NCBI RefSeq assembly: GCF_003918875.1
Contig: NW_025765431.1
Span: forward strand, 1-64,000
Length of the DNA: 64,000 nt
Source of the DNA: Haliotis rubra
Taxonomy: Eukaryota
Reading direction: 5' to 3'
Shown here: one piece after another, positions 11,938 to 24,700 of the stretch
How positions within the stretch are numbered: position 1 is the stretch's first letter
Layout of the letters: every line of letters begins with the position of its first letter
The notes under the pieces: model-generated
What the model saw: only the letters and a program-made list of their open reading frames with translations
Told to the model about the DNA's origin: nothing
Databases searched by the model: none
Program-made: the position numbers and the translations under genes

Positions 11938-14900
11938 TCATGCTTCCTTTTTCAGGGCATCAGCAATGGGTCCTCCTCCAAAATAATAGTCTACAACTTT
12001 GTCCATCCACGTCTCGGGAAGAACGCTATATAAGCGGGCACACAGCTGAAACGGACAATAAAGAATGTTAGTGAGTGAGTTAGTTAGTTTTACGCCGCCT
12101 TAGCAATATTCCAGCAATATCACTACGGGGTACACCAGAAATGGGCTTCACACATAGTACCCATGTGATGAATTGAAGTCTTCGGCGTGACGAGCCAGCG
12201 CTTTAACCACTAGGCTACCCCACCGCCCTGTGAAGAATCTTAAGGTAGTTAAGGAAGAACACGCAGTACGAAACTATGATTATTGGACAGTCGCTGGGAT
12301 ACAATAGGTAATCGTTGAAGGTTAGAGGAGGGGTACGCTGCATTGAGTTGCACGTGTCATATGTCCATGAGAATTTATCAGATAGTATGGAAGTAAAGTT
12401 TACCTGCCACTTCTTAAACTTGCAATTTGTGTTTGTCTGACATCTTAACTGAATACATTTGCCATTTCTCAACATGTTGCAGTCATATTCAAGACAATGG
12501 TGGCGGTGGGGTAGCCTAGAGGTTTAAGCGTCCGCTCGTCACTTCCAAAACCCTGGTTCAATTCCTCACAATTGTACAATGTGTGAAGCCCTTTTCTGAT
12601 GTACCCCGCTGTGTTTTTGCTGGAATATTAGTAAAAGCGGCGTATATGTAAACTCATCAACTCACGCAAGATAATAAATGACAATGTATACGATCAATTA
12701 TTCTTGTCTCTTCCCTTTCACACGTTTTGATCACCAAGGAGCCACGGAAGTGAAGCTACACTGTCTTTCCCAAGGTCAGATCGGAGTAAGATATTTTCAA
12801 TCACATGTTCTCGTACGGATGAGGATTTTGTTATTATTACATTTGCGTATGTCCACTGTGCACTTGGCAATGTGGATTTTATCAGCAGATTTGGTAGATA
12901 CAGCTGTTGTTTGTTTCTGCATTCTTTACGTTTGACTCCGCTCTGACCATTGGCCTTAGAGCGAGTTTGAGTGAGTGAGTTTAGTTTTACACCACTTTCA
13001 GTAATATTCCATATGGTGGCGGCCTCTAAATAATCGAGTCTGGATCAGACAATCCAGTGATTAATATATCATGAACATCCATCTATGCAAGTGGGATACC
13101 ATGACATGTGTCAACCAGGTCAGCGTGTCTGAACAACCGATCCCGTTAGTTACCTCTTACTGAAGACCAATTCTAACACGGATCTTCACGGGTCTGTGGC
13201 CTTAGAGGCGTGCATTAATGATTAAACCGATTAGGTCTCTGGAGTCAATCTTTGATCTATATGATCGTTAGTGTGATCACATGATCATAATATATCTAAC
13301 CTGAAGTACACTTCAGACATGACACCACATATTGTAGAAAATAATAGCAGTTGTGGGTTGTTGATTCTAATTGTATAATGTGTATGTGACGAAAATATGT
13401 TTCCTGAAGGAAAACCTTGTGATTGGAGGTATGTACTGGAAATACTTACACAATATGGGTCGTACAGGCCATTGCTACCATCAGTTAAATATCTTTTTTG
13501 TGGTTGCTCGTTCAACAGTGCATCCTTGAAAGCGACCATAATGGGATGAAGAGTAGGGAAGCTGGTTGAGGAAGAGGCAATGGCGGCCTGGAATTGCTCG
13601 TCAAGGTAGTCCTTCCCGTAGGTTTGTCTCACATCCTCAGACGCCTCCTCCCACTGCTCGTCCAGGTCCTTCCTGATACGGGCAATCTGGAGTCCAGGGA
13701 GACACAATGAATTACACCCATCTGAATGGCGGTTTATATGACATACATGTGTCTACAGTCTCGGGATAGGTGGGTTCGTGGATGGGTTTAATCCTAAAAC
13801 AGGAGAAGACTTTATCCAATCTTGTCGCGTTAACTTGACAGATGCTCTGTCGTAGACAACTGGCTGTATACCAGAACAGAGTATCGTGCAACAGTATTAA
13901 TGTGGCGAACACAGCGGATCATTGATGCTGAATCTTGATCAGAGTCTGGGTAGCCTAGTGGTTAAAGCGTTGGCTCGTCCCGCCGAAGACCTGGGTTCGA
14001 ATCCCCACATGGGTACAATGTGTGAAGCCCATTTCTGGTGTCCCCCGCCGTGATGTTGCTGGAATATTGCTAAAAGCGGCGTAAAACCAAACTCAGTCAG
14101 TCAGTTGATCAGAGTCTACAGATTTTCAGTTGCACTAACATGTATCGAATATTACACAACGTTTTCCAATTTCTGCTTTCAAACCCAAGGCGCAACACAA
14201 GTATGAAAAGTCAAAGTCGCCATTTCCAGGAATATGTATGTAGACTCGACCGGTAATGAAAATGCTTGTTTATTAAGGGAAACACATTCTTTTATGGATA
14301 GACAACTTCTTCATTGCTACAGATGCAACGTTTCGGCGTAGATGCTAACACCGTTATCAAGCAATTCATGAGTGTTAACGGTGTTACCATCTACACCAAA
14401 ACGTTGCATTTATTCCAAAAAGGAAGTTGTCTATACTTGACAGATTGTTCCTCTTCACCATACCAGCTTCTAGATGCCACTTGACAACATTTTATGCAAA
14501 TAATTTGTTTGAACTATTTTACATACCCCTTCTTTGTTAAGACACCCTGTGGCCCCACCAAAATGACCTGGTTCCATGATAATGACCTTGACCCCGAACC
14601 TCTTCATCTCCAGTCTAAGAGTGTCTGACAAATTTTCTCCTGCCCATTTGGTCATACTGTATGCAGCGTTGGAAGGCAAGGCGAACCTACCCTTGACGCT
14701 GGTTACATTCACTATGCGACCTGAAACCAATGGTACATAATCAAACAGAAAATTAGAACATATCGTCACCAGTTAAAACATTCAGATTATTCTACATAGA
14801 GATTTTAGTCTGAATACATTTACATACAACTGAATCTGTGCAAAGTGCAGCTCATACAATGTATGTCGTGATGTGATTCACACAACTATGCTACGGTCTA

Positions 14901-17900
14901 TATGTCGTACCTGCAATATGAGAAGTGTTTCACCCTAACTAATAAGAGCTGTCGTGGGGTACATCTTTCCCACTGGATAAGAAGGTTTCCGCCTGGTGAT
15001 GTCCTCCACAAAAGTTTGCAAAAGTCCAGCGCAAGTTTGGGAAGAGTTTGACACTTGAGAGTGCCAATTCTGGTGATTACGGATGCTGTTCAAAGAGTTT
15101 GAAGAAAGTTTATGGAACAACAGACCAATGCGCTGATGCATTTCCTTCATACAGAACGACATTAGTGCACTTTCTTCAACACTAATATTGCCATGCAAGT
15201 GCATAAGCAGATTAGTATATTAGTTTAGGCCAACAGTAGAATTCATTTGGAATCCTAAGAAAGAGAAGCCATATCCTTGTCAGCGGACGGAGCTGACTTT
15301 GCCTTCTTCAGAAGATACGTTAGATGTATCCACTGGCTTAGAGAGGTGAACTCATGAATAACTGACCCTGATAGTTTGATTTTACGCCGCTTTTAGCAAT
15401 ATTCCAGTAACATCACGGCGGGGGACACCAGAAATGGGCTTCACACATTGTACCCATGTGGGGATTCGAACCCAGGTCTTCGGCGTGACGAGCCAACGCT
15501 TTAACCATTAGGCTACCCCACCGCCCCTCATGAATAACTAGATTCACTAGGTTACTTACAGGTTAATCACCCTCACAAGCCCTACCGTAACTACCGTAGT
15601 GAGGGTGATTAAACGGCTTACGTATTTAATACGCGCGTAATGCATATGTATAAGGCATGATGAACATGTTTTCAAATAGAGTGAGTGAGTAAGTTTAGTT
15701 TTACGCCGCACTCAGCAATATTCCAGTCTATATGGCGGCGTTTTTAAATAGAAATAATTGCCCCAGGGCAGTTCATCAGTTATGCTAATAAAACACCTTC
15801 AAGAACAATGGACATAACTTTCCCTAGCGGTTTAACAGTTTTTTATAGTTTGCCCGTAGTTATTAATCACACAACAAAATCAATGCTTTGAAAAAGGACG
15901 AAGACTATCACAAGATGAACTGCTTTTATGAGGAGTCGTTAGCCTTGCTGAAACCTTGGTCATGCCCAGTTCAGTCCCCAGAATGTTCCAAACTTTTCTC
16001 AAGATAAAGCTAACAGTATTGGCTATGTGACAGAATCGTGTCATGCATGTTTGCACAGTTTGTGTTAGTGGTGACAATTACAGGTCTTTCTGACCCTGGA
16101 ACATCTTCGAGGCTCTTCCCCTCTTGGACCACGCAGCCCATTTCGTAACAGTGGCAGAGGAAGGGGAAGCATTCACTGAAGTTGACACAATGGTCGCATG
16201 GCTAGCTGACTGTTGCATGTAGCCGTTTCAGTTTAACATACTTGATGGGTAGGTTGCCGACTTGTACATATTCGTCAGCAGAAAGTTCCTAAATCACACT
16301 GATGCCTGCAGAATCGCTGCCGCGTTGTGCATTTGGTTCAAATGCAGTTTGTAAGCATGAAAATGAATGCACTTCATGTATATTGACAAATGATTAGTTG
16401 GTTATTGTTTTACGCAGCATTCGGCAATATTCCAGTTATATGACCAGACAACCCAGTGATCAACATCGTGAGCATCGATCCATGCATTTGGGTTACGATG
16501 ACATGTGAAGACAAATGAGGGTGTATTATTAATCCTTATAGTGATGGTCAGACGAGTCATATTGCAGCTACTGTATAACGTTGTACTGGTTTGTTTATAT
16601 AAATACACATTGGTGTACCTCTTGCCTTTCGTATAAGAGGAAGGAACGCTTTTGACATCCTTAGAGGACCAAAATTATTGACGTTGTTAATGTGGCTGTA
16701 CTGTTTCATGGTAGCAAGCTCTACATCGCCCAGAAAGTTTATTCCAGCGTTGTTGACGAGAGCCCACAATCCTGTAACCAGGAACATAATACTATCAGTA
16801 ATGTAACAACACAGTATTGGTACAGAATACATGGTATAGTATTAGAGGCAGGTTATGTAAATACATCTTATTATAATGTCAATCTCGATGTTTGCAAATG
16901 TATATATATCATATTTGTGTAAATATTGCGTTAATATTAATGTCGGAAACAGATAAAACTTTCAGAGTGAGTGTGTGTGTGAGTGGGTGAGTGAGTATGG
17001 TTTTACGTCGATTTTAGCAATATTTCAGCAATATCACGACGGGGGACACCAGAAATGGGCTTCACACATAGTGGGAGTCATAGACTGTGGTTAAATGTTA
17101 ATGTTAAATGTTCTCAGCGCAGCATTAAAGATTTACGTAAATGAGCTCACTCTGGTTTCAAAGGGCAAACAGAAGCGGGACTTCTAGCATTTGTATTATT
17201 ATCAACCGAGTCCATTAGAAAACTGTCAGCATATGGGTGCTTACATGTAGGTTTCGCTTAACCATTGTCTATACCAAATATTCTACACAGTTTCCTCTGT
17301 CCATCATAACCCATGGGCCATTCAGCGAACAGTTCCCTCTGAATTTAAGCCTCTTGGACAACAGAGGCCACCTCTGACCACAGGGACCAATTTGACAATT
17401 TGGCGTCAAACCAGTATAACATCAGTCCCTCTTGTACATCATTACAAGTGTGACTGACTTTGGATCCATACCAAGGCCCGGGAGAAAACATCTATACAAT
17501 TACATGATGTTATTCGGGAAAGGTCCGTTTCTGGAAAATGAAAAATATTAAAAAACCAATGCTTGCTAACCTGTCATTTTGCATTCGTTCTCGACATATT
17601 TCAGACTGTTTGCGACACTTTCATCACTTGAGATGTCCACCTCCAATACATGCATTCGTTTGGACCCCGCCTTTCTCAGCTGCTTTGCACCTTCTCCCTC
17701 TCCTCGCAGACATGTGGCTATCACACTGAACCCGATGTCATCTAACGTTATAGCCAAGCTGTGACCAATACCTGTAAATAATTGCAGGCTTTTGTGTGGT
17801 GACAGATACATAACACGTGTCTGAAAAATTAATACCTTTCCAAACTGGTATTTAGGGACTGTTCATAATTTATGGCTAGGGGGTGATGATGATTTTAAGG

Positions 17901-18723
17901 GGGGTCACCCAGTTTGTTATAGGGAGGCAGGGAGGTATCAACACTTCAATGTGATACATCATGCGTTTGGGATTTCTGAGAATGCTCTTTTGCATGACAA
18001 CTGCATCATCAACACTTAAGTGTGATACATCATGCGTTTGGGTTTTCTGAGAATGCTCTTTTGCATGGGAACTGTATCATCAACACTTTAGTGTGATACA
18101 TCATGCGTTTGGGTTTTCTGAGAATGCTCTTTTGCATGGCAACCGCATAATCAACACTTAAGTGTGATACATCATGCGTGTGGGTTTTCTGAGAATGCTC
18201 TTTTGCATGACAACTGCATCATCAACACTTTAGTGTGATACATCATGTCTTTGGGTTTTCTGAGAATGCTCCTTTGCATGGGAACTGTGTCATCAACACT
18301 TGTTTAGACCGAGGGGAATCTGTGTTTGAAGGAAGTCCCCAGCGCCATAAGCTTGTGTTAAGAGGCGACAAAATGGATAAGACAGACAGGCTGGCATCAT
18401 ACCAAATGCCAGGATCCATGGTTAGGATGGCAATCACTGCATTGTCTGGTCCAGAATGGAATTTTCACGGACCTGGAATACGGGGTTTATCAACACACTT
18501 CAAATTAACCTGTGTCACAGCCGGTGATGAGAACATATTTGTCTGTAGGCACTGCATATTTGGCAGTTCTCCTTCCGATGACCTGATACGTGTAGTAGAC
18601 CAGGGAAAAGAATACCAGAGACATCAGCATATGTAGGGTTAGGGCTGAGTACAGCAGCAACAGGAAGGAGAGGAAGAAAGTCACCTCAAATGCCTGTGGT
18701 CCCAGTGTCTGGAGCAGGTCCAT
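11938..18723 (-). CDS. SDR1: SDR9C-type short-chain dehydrogenase (BDH1/retinol/17b-HSD-like), ~368 aa; exons 18510-18723, 17571-17771, 16619-16771, 14527-14720, 13450-13686, 11938-12045
   Basis: N-terminal hydrophobic anchor, ITGCDTGIG Rossmann motif, [19 protein letters not shown], catalytic YSMTK, LRLEMKRFGVKV. All junctions are GT-AG and in phase; the protein ends KKEA*. Confidence 0.92.
13948..14104 (+). mobile_element. tRNA-derived SINE family A (~160-170 bp), representative copy with TSD
   Basis: A/B-box head (tagcctagtgg...ggttcgaatccc), tail ggaatattgctaaaagcggcgtaaaac+microsatellite, 13-bp TSD ttgatcagagtct. Other copies near 8880, 9731, 12070, 12503, 16966, 19700, 20960, 23165, 34930, 47545, 47822, 48188, 56740, 57128, 59068, 59418, 62900. 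Confidence 0.9.
14298..14434. repeat. ~59-bp inverted repeat, Penelope-like terminal remnant
   Basis: atagacaacttc...gcaacgtttcggcgtagatgctaacaccgtta is inverted against taacggtgttaccatctacaccaaaacgttgc...gaagttgtctat. Confidence 0.6.
15364..15526 (-). mobile_element. SINE family A copy
   Basis: Full-length reverse copy flanked by the 13-bp TSD ctcatgaataact. Confidence 0.9.
15890..16380 (-). mobile_element. Mariner transposase relic in SDR1 intron 3
   Basis: Translations ILGTELGMTKVSAR and SPSSATVTKWAA.SKRGR match mariner N-terminal motifs. Confidence 0.65.
17937..18301. repeat. 71-bp minisatellite, 5 copies (SDR1 intron)
   Basis: tgtgatacatcatg recurs at 17950, 18021, 18092, 18163 and 18234. 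Confidence 0.93.
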
Positions 18724-18877
18724 CTGCAGTGCACAAGGGTATATTGTTAGAGTGTCGCGGAGTATCACATGTCAGGTATTGACTTGTTACATTGACGGGA
18801 ACATTGTTTATTTGTCTATAGTTTTACGCCGCACTCAGCAATATTCCAGTCACGGCGGCGGTCTGTACCCGGCAATA

Positions 18878-19076
18878 CAATGATTTTGAGATTTTGCAGC
18901 GTTGGGAAAAGGGGGAGATAACTCTTCTCTGCCGGCAGGACGTTATACATATCCCTTCCTATATCAACTACCAACGTTTAAGGGTTCCGTGGGAAGGATA
19001 AGGTATTGGCTCAAAGGTACCACTGACGTTTGATCGCACAACGAGTGAGTGAGTAAGTGAGTGAGTGAGTGAGTTT
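18878..19076 (+). pseudogene. Orphan degenerate copy of the ARRDC exon at 2130-2360
   Basis: attttgcagcgt...ggggagataac.cttctctgccggc.ggacgttatacatatcccttcc matches 2121-2190; it encodes GSVGRIRYWLKGT, has internal deletions, and ends in a (GTGA)n array like the source exon. Confidence 0.85.
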
Positions 19077-21333
19077 CCTTTTGGAGAATGATGGATGCTT
19101 CAGGTAGAGCAGGACAAGCTGACCCTTCTTGCAAGCACCTGGTGTCATTACTACTTTCCCGTGATCCATTCATATAATTGCCACTGCTATTTTGTCCTTA
19201 CAGCTGTTTGTTGTTGTATTCCCATCACGAAAACAAGGATTTTTTCAGACGATAGTCAAGACTGGGTATTCTTTTCTACTGACTTTCTATATTTTGAAAC
19301 AATATATACATACTTTTATAGAATATTGTGTGACTTTCAGTACATAGACATTGTTGTCATACTTTAGTAGTGTTATGATCACGGTGTCTGTTGTTAGTAC
19401 ATAGTTATTACTTATGTGTGCGACGAAGTGACAAAATATTTTCCAGTTTTCATCACCAGCTTTGAATAGCGCTGTGGTAATGAAAACTGGGAAATAATAT
19501 AGGAACGCTTGAATATTCCGGTGATCCTTTATTGTTTTCTCTCAGTATATTTTTGCGAATTTTGTTATCGTGGATATTTTCAGATTAAATTAAAGAGTAG
19601 ATACGTGCAGGTATTTAGACACAACAGTGAGTATGTTACACACTATAGATTACAAAACTTCATATCATTATAAAATGTGTTAACATGAACTGGATTTTAA
19701 GTGAGTGAGTGAGTTTGGTTTTACGCCGCTTTTAGCAATATTCCAGCAATATCACGGCGGGAGACACCAGAAATGGATTTCACACATTGTAACCATGTGG
19801 GGAATCCAACCTGGGTCTTCGATGTGACGAGCGAACGCTTTAACCACTGGGCTACCTCACTGCTCCTGGACATCTTAACGTCTGTATAAATACAACAAAA
19901 TCATATAACTCGCAAGTCTAAATAAACTAACAAATTCGTGTTATATCTGTTTTAAAAATATAGTTAACTCCTTTGAAGTATTGATTTAGTTGACAGTATT
20001 TTTACCAAGGGTTCAGACCCTCACACCTTAACAAATATTTGTAAAGAATATGTGCCCCAAACTCCTTCAACGGCGTTATTTCATATCAACATGAGAACTA
20101 AATGCATGAAAGGAAAACATAATTCCACACGATACAAACAAGTCACATTGATCTCCCACGCTGTCCTTGACGATCAGGTTAGCGCGCCACATGAATGAGG
20201 TTTTTACGTTTGGCAAATCGCCTTTCGTCGACTCCCGGGTAGAGGTGATCATGGAACAAAACACAAGTCATCGACTGAAGTAAAGTACATAAAGGAAGTC
20301 TTACTTTGTTAGGTCTAACTAAGAAAATCACGCTTCCGAGAATGCTAGTGCATACAGGTGTTGTCAGGATACAGGTCAAGGATACAGCTGTTATCACTTT
20401 GAGGCTCTACATCTGGGGATCACTCCAAAATATTAACAATTTCAATAATAATTTACATATTATAGGACATACAATCGCACAAAAATCTATAAAATCCACG
20501 TGGTGGTATTTGTAATGGTTATTGTAATTCGGATTCGTTTTAATTGTGTTAACGAAGCATGGTCTGACTTAAGTGAGACGAGGAGACAGTCTAGATGGAA
20601 CGCACGTGTTTACTTTCCAGTGAGATTGAACCTCGACCCCTGTATCTCGCGTCACGCTCATGTGGAGATATACCCGATCGAAACAACGTAAGTAGACGTC
20701 AAATTGCACCGTGTTAATTTAATCTGGTGTTTACATAACGTACCAGCTAATGTTAAACATTTACCTTTGTCAAGTGTACGTGTGGAGTGCAAATAATGTT
20801 GTACATGTGTTTCTGTGTACGTGCTATCAACAACGTTGATCTCTATACTTTCACTGTACAGCGATCTTCATCATACTTATTACTTTACTGAACAGACACT
20901 GAAATACACGCACTGTATGTCCAGTTAAAATGACTATGTGTCGGTGTCAAGGATTAAACAGCGTGGTAGAGTTAAATCGCCCGTTAAATCGCCCGTTTGT
21001 CACGCCGAAGATCCGGGTTCGATTCCCCATGTGGATACAACATGTGGCGCTCATTTCGGCATTCCCCCCGCGGTGATACCGATGGAATATTGCGAAAAGA
21101 TGAAACTCACTCACTCATGAATTAGACATGTTGTTTCATATTTGTGGAATACATTACCATTTAGAGATGCACATTGTACTTCTTGGTTACGATAAATTAC
21201 CACAGAGCAGATCTATCAGTTGAGACGTGTGTGTCTTACATTCGCTGACACTGGCAGTATACACCATTTGCTACACTTCTATAAGTCAAACATTACTCGC
21301 CAAATCACATCGAGTTACCAGTATCTCTATTGT

Positions 21334-21575
21334 ACCCGTGAAGATCCGGGTTAGAATGGTCTTCAGCAACCCATGCTTGTCGTAAGAGGCGACTAACGGG
21401 ACCGGGTGGTCAGACTGGCTGACTTAGTTGACACATGTCATCGTATCACAATTGCGTAGATCGATGCTCATGTTGTTGATCACTGGATGGTCTGGTCCAG
21501 ACTCGATTATTTACAGACAGCCGCCATACAGCTGGAATATTGTTGAGTGCAGCGTAAAACTAAACTCACTCACTT
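21334..21575 (+). mobile_element. SINE-like family B (~245 bp), representative copy
   Basis: acccgtgaagatccggg...catgcttgtcgtaagaggcgactaacggg...gctggaatattg.tgagtgc.gcgtaaaac(ACTC)n; shares its 3' tail with family A. Other copies near 2738, 9205, 12970, 16400, 23040, 24065, 26655, 28710, 29355, 37695, 49425, 58160, 63150. Confidence 0.88.
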
Positions 21576-21752
21576 ACGCATTCAGTCAATTATGTGCAAC
21601 AGCAACAGCTCATGTATGTGTGCGTTGATCACTGGATTGTCTGGTCCAGACTCGATTATTTACAGACCGCCGCCATATAGCTGCAATATTGCAAAGTGCG
21701 GCGTAAACCTAAACTCGCTCACTCACTCACAGTGCACAATGTCTGTTTTAGA

Positions 21753-24700
21753 ATGGGGCTGCTTGAAACACTGGGGCTCCAGTTCTTCGAGATCACATTC
21801 TGTGGATGTATGGCGCTAATGGTCTACGCCTGTCTCCAGAAAGCCGTGCTCGTCAGTTGTTGTGTTGGCCTCATCTTATTTTACACCTTCCGAGTGATAC
21901 AGGAACGAGGCACGGAGCAGATAACGCCGGATGGCCGATACGTCCTTATAACGGGGTGCGACACAGGTATTGTATATGCCCCCTCGTACCATTCCATTGA
22001 AGGAAAGTTTGACCTTTCATTAATACAAATACCTCATTGGCAATGCTTTTCCCTTTATTGGTATGACAATGAAAAAAGGTGAATATAATAAAGGTGAATA
22101 TAATAAAGGTGAATACGTCAGATGAGAATGAAACAGACTCTCTTGGGACAAAATGTGTTACGACAATTTCGCCCTTTATTAACTGCAGCACGTGTTTACA
22201 TATCGACTATACGTCTTGCGATTTCGCTTTACATATGCTCACGATATTAAAGAGGTATGTGTAAAACATGCAATAACATCTGAAGCGATGCATGAAGTGG
22301 TTACAACGCTGGCTCGTCACGCCGATGGTCCGGGTCCGATGTTCCACATGAATGCACAACGCGGTGTCCATTCTTTGTTATGATTTCTTTTGAATGGTAC
22401 ATCTATTCGATATCATTTGACGACCAGTAATTAAATCCAAAATAAAAATAAAAGGGATTTATTACTAATCAATATATTGACTTAATTTGAACTTACTCAT
22501 AAATATGAACTTGTACTTACATTTAAATGTACCGTATTCTTCGATTTTGTAGCTGTTTCACTTTACAGAAGTTTGAGTCAAGCACATTTAAGTTTATTGA
22601 GGTTTAGACCTTTGTTGTTCTGTTTTACTTGTACTTAGGTATCGGTAAAGTTCTTGCCAAGCGCCTGGTCGCACAAGGCTTCAACGTACTGGCCACGTGT
22701 TTGGATGTTAATAGTAGCGGAGCATCGGAACTGAAGGAAGCTGGTGGTGAAACAATGCACGTGCTTCCTCTTGATGTCACTTCCGATGATAGCGTCGAAG
22801 CCTGCGTGAGAACAGTTCAACAGAACACTAGCGATAAAGGTAATGAACATATTCATACATGCAAGTCGACTAGTTCATACTAATCTGTAACATGTGTGCC
22901 TGCACTGTCCACCGGACTGTTAATTGATATGTTGTCAAAAACAGAAGATTTAAAACTTTTCACAATTTAAAAAAACACACTAGAAAAATGTATTCACAAA
23001 ATACACTATTGACTACAGGTATTTTAGAAATGATTTCGGTAACCCATGCTTGTCGTAATAGGCGACTAACAGGATCGGGTGGTCAGGCTCCTTGACTTGG
23101 TTTACACATGTCATCGTATCCCGATTGCGTAGATCGATGCTCATGCTGTTGATCACTTGATCACTTACGCCGCCTTTAGGCATATTCTAGCAATATCATA
23201 TCACTGCGAGGGACACCAGATATGGGCTTCACACATTGTACCCATGTGGGTAATGAATCGGTGAAGGATATATAGGCATAATAACATTTTGTTGAACATC
23301 ACAACAAATAACATAAATGGGGTGTTTCGCCTCTCGTTATTCTACCGTGTTCACTACAGCGCTTGTAGTGCAGGCGTAGTCGCCATGCTGGGGAATTCAT
23401 TACACATGTCATAGCAGAATAAGGACACAGAGCGGCAAGCATCCTAAGTCAGTTCCTATTGCAAATTCTCATTTCATGCACATATAAACCTATTACATAG
23501 AAATAATACCCGTTTTCAGGTCTTTGGGCCATCGTCAACAACGCAGGTGTGATAGGCATGGGGGATGTAGAGCTTCTGACAATGGACATGTATAAGCGAC
23601 TAGCTGATGTGAATCTCTTTGGAATGATCAGAACTACCAAGGCCTTTTTACCAATGATCCGAAAATGTAAAGGTAAGTCATTTACATGTTCCAGGTATGC
23701 TAGTGCTGACGTCATTGCGGATCAATGCATTGCTGATGTCACCCTCATGCGGGTGTTGTCCGGTGAGGTGATGAATCAAAAGAATGCCAATAGAGGAATG
23801 TTTGCATGAATACAAAATCAGGCTTCAAATAAATTGTTAAAAAGGTATAAGCTCAGTCTAGTTTCTGGTGCTATCCCATTCAATTCCGTTCTCGATTCCC
23901 CATCATGATTTGGTAGATCATGGATGACTCTTTCATACCGACCGCGACCATGGTGAGATCGATATGGTGTCTGCCGAGAGAGCGGAAGGTTCGATGTTCA
24001 GTTACTTGCGTAGGCAGTATGGGGATGGCACAAGAAGTAGGCGAGTCATTCGGGGTCAGTATACTGTTTGTTTGTTGTCTGGACCAGACAATCTAGTGAT
24101 CCACATCATGAGCATCAATCAATGCAATTGGGATACAATGACATGTGTCAAACAAGTCAGCGGGCATGATCACCCGATCCTATTAGTCCCCTCTTACGAT
24201 AAGCATGGGTTGCTGAAGACCAATTCTAACCCAGATCTTCACGGGTTCAGTATACTGTATCATGTACAACGGCGGCCTGGTCTTTCAGTGGTCTAGCATC
24301 AGTGAGGTGCCAATGTTACACAGAGGAAAGGTATGACAGTGAGCTAGACCCATGAAACCGCGGACAATTCACCACCACCGTAGCCAAATCATCCCCCTTA
24401 AGTGGGATTACTGAATTGATGCACGAAATATAGTGATGTCTCTTTTTCCTGAAAAGGTCGAGTCATCAATGTAACAAGTGTGCGAGGCGTTGTTGCATTC
24501 CCGGCCAACTCCACATACGTTGTCAGCAAGTTCGGCGCTGAGGGCTTCTCTGATTGCCTTCGTATGGAGATGAAGAGGTTCGGAGTCAAGGTCGTTATCG
24601 TCGAACCAGGGAACTTCGGTGGGGCCACAGCGCTGTGGGATGAAGCGAATGTAGGTAATTGGGACAGTATATCTCGGTACAGTAGTGATAATTCGAAAGA

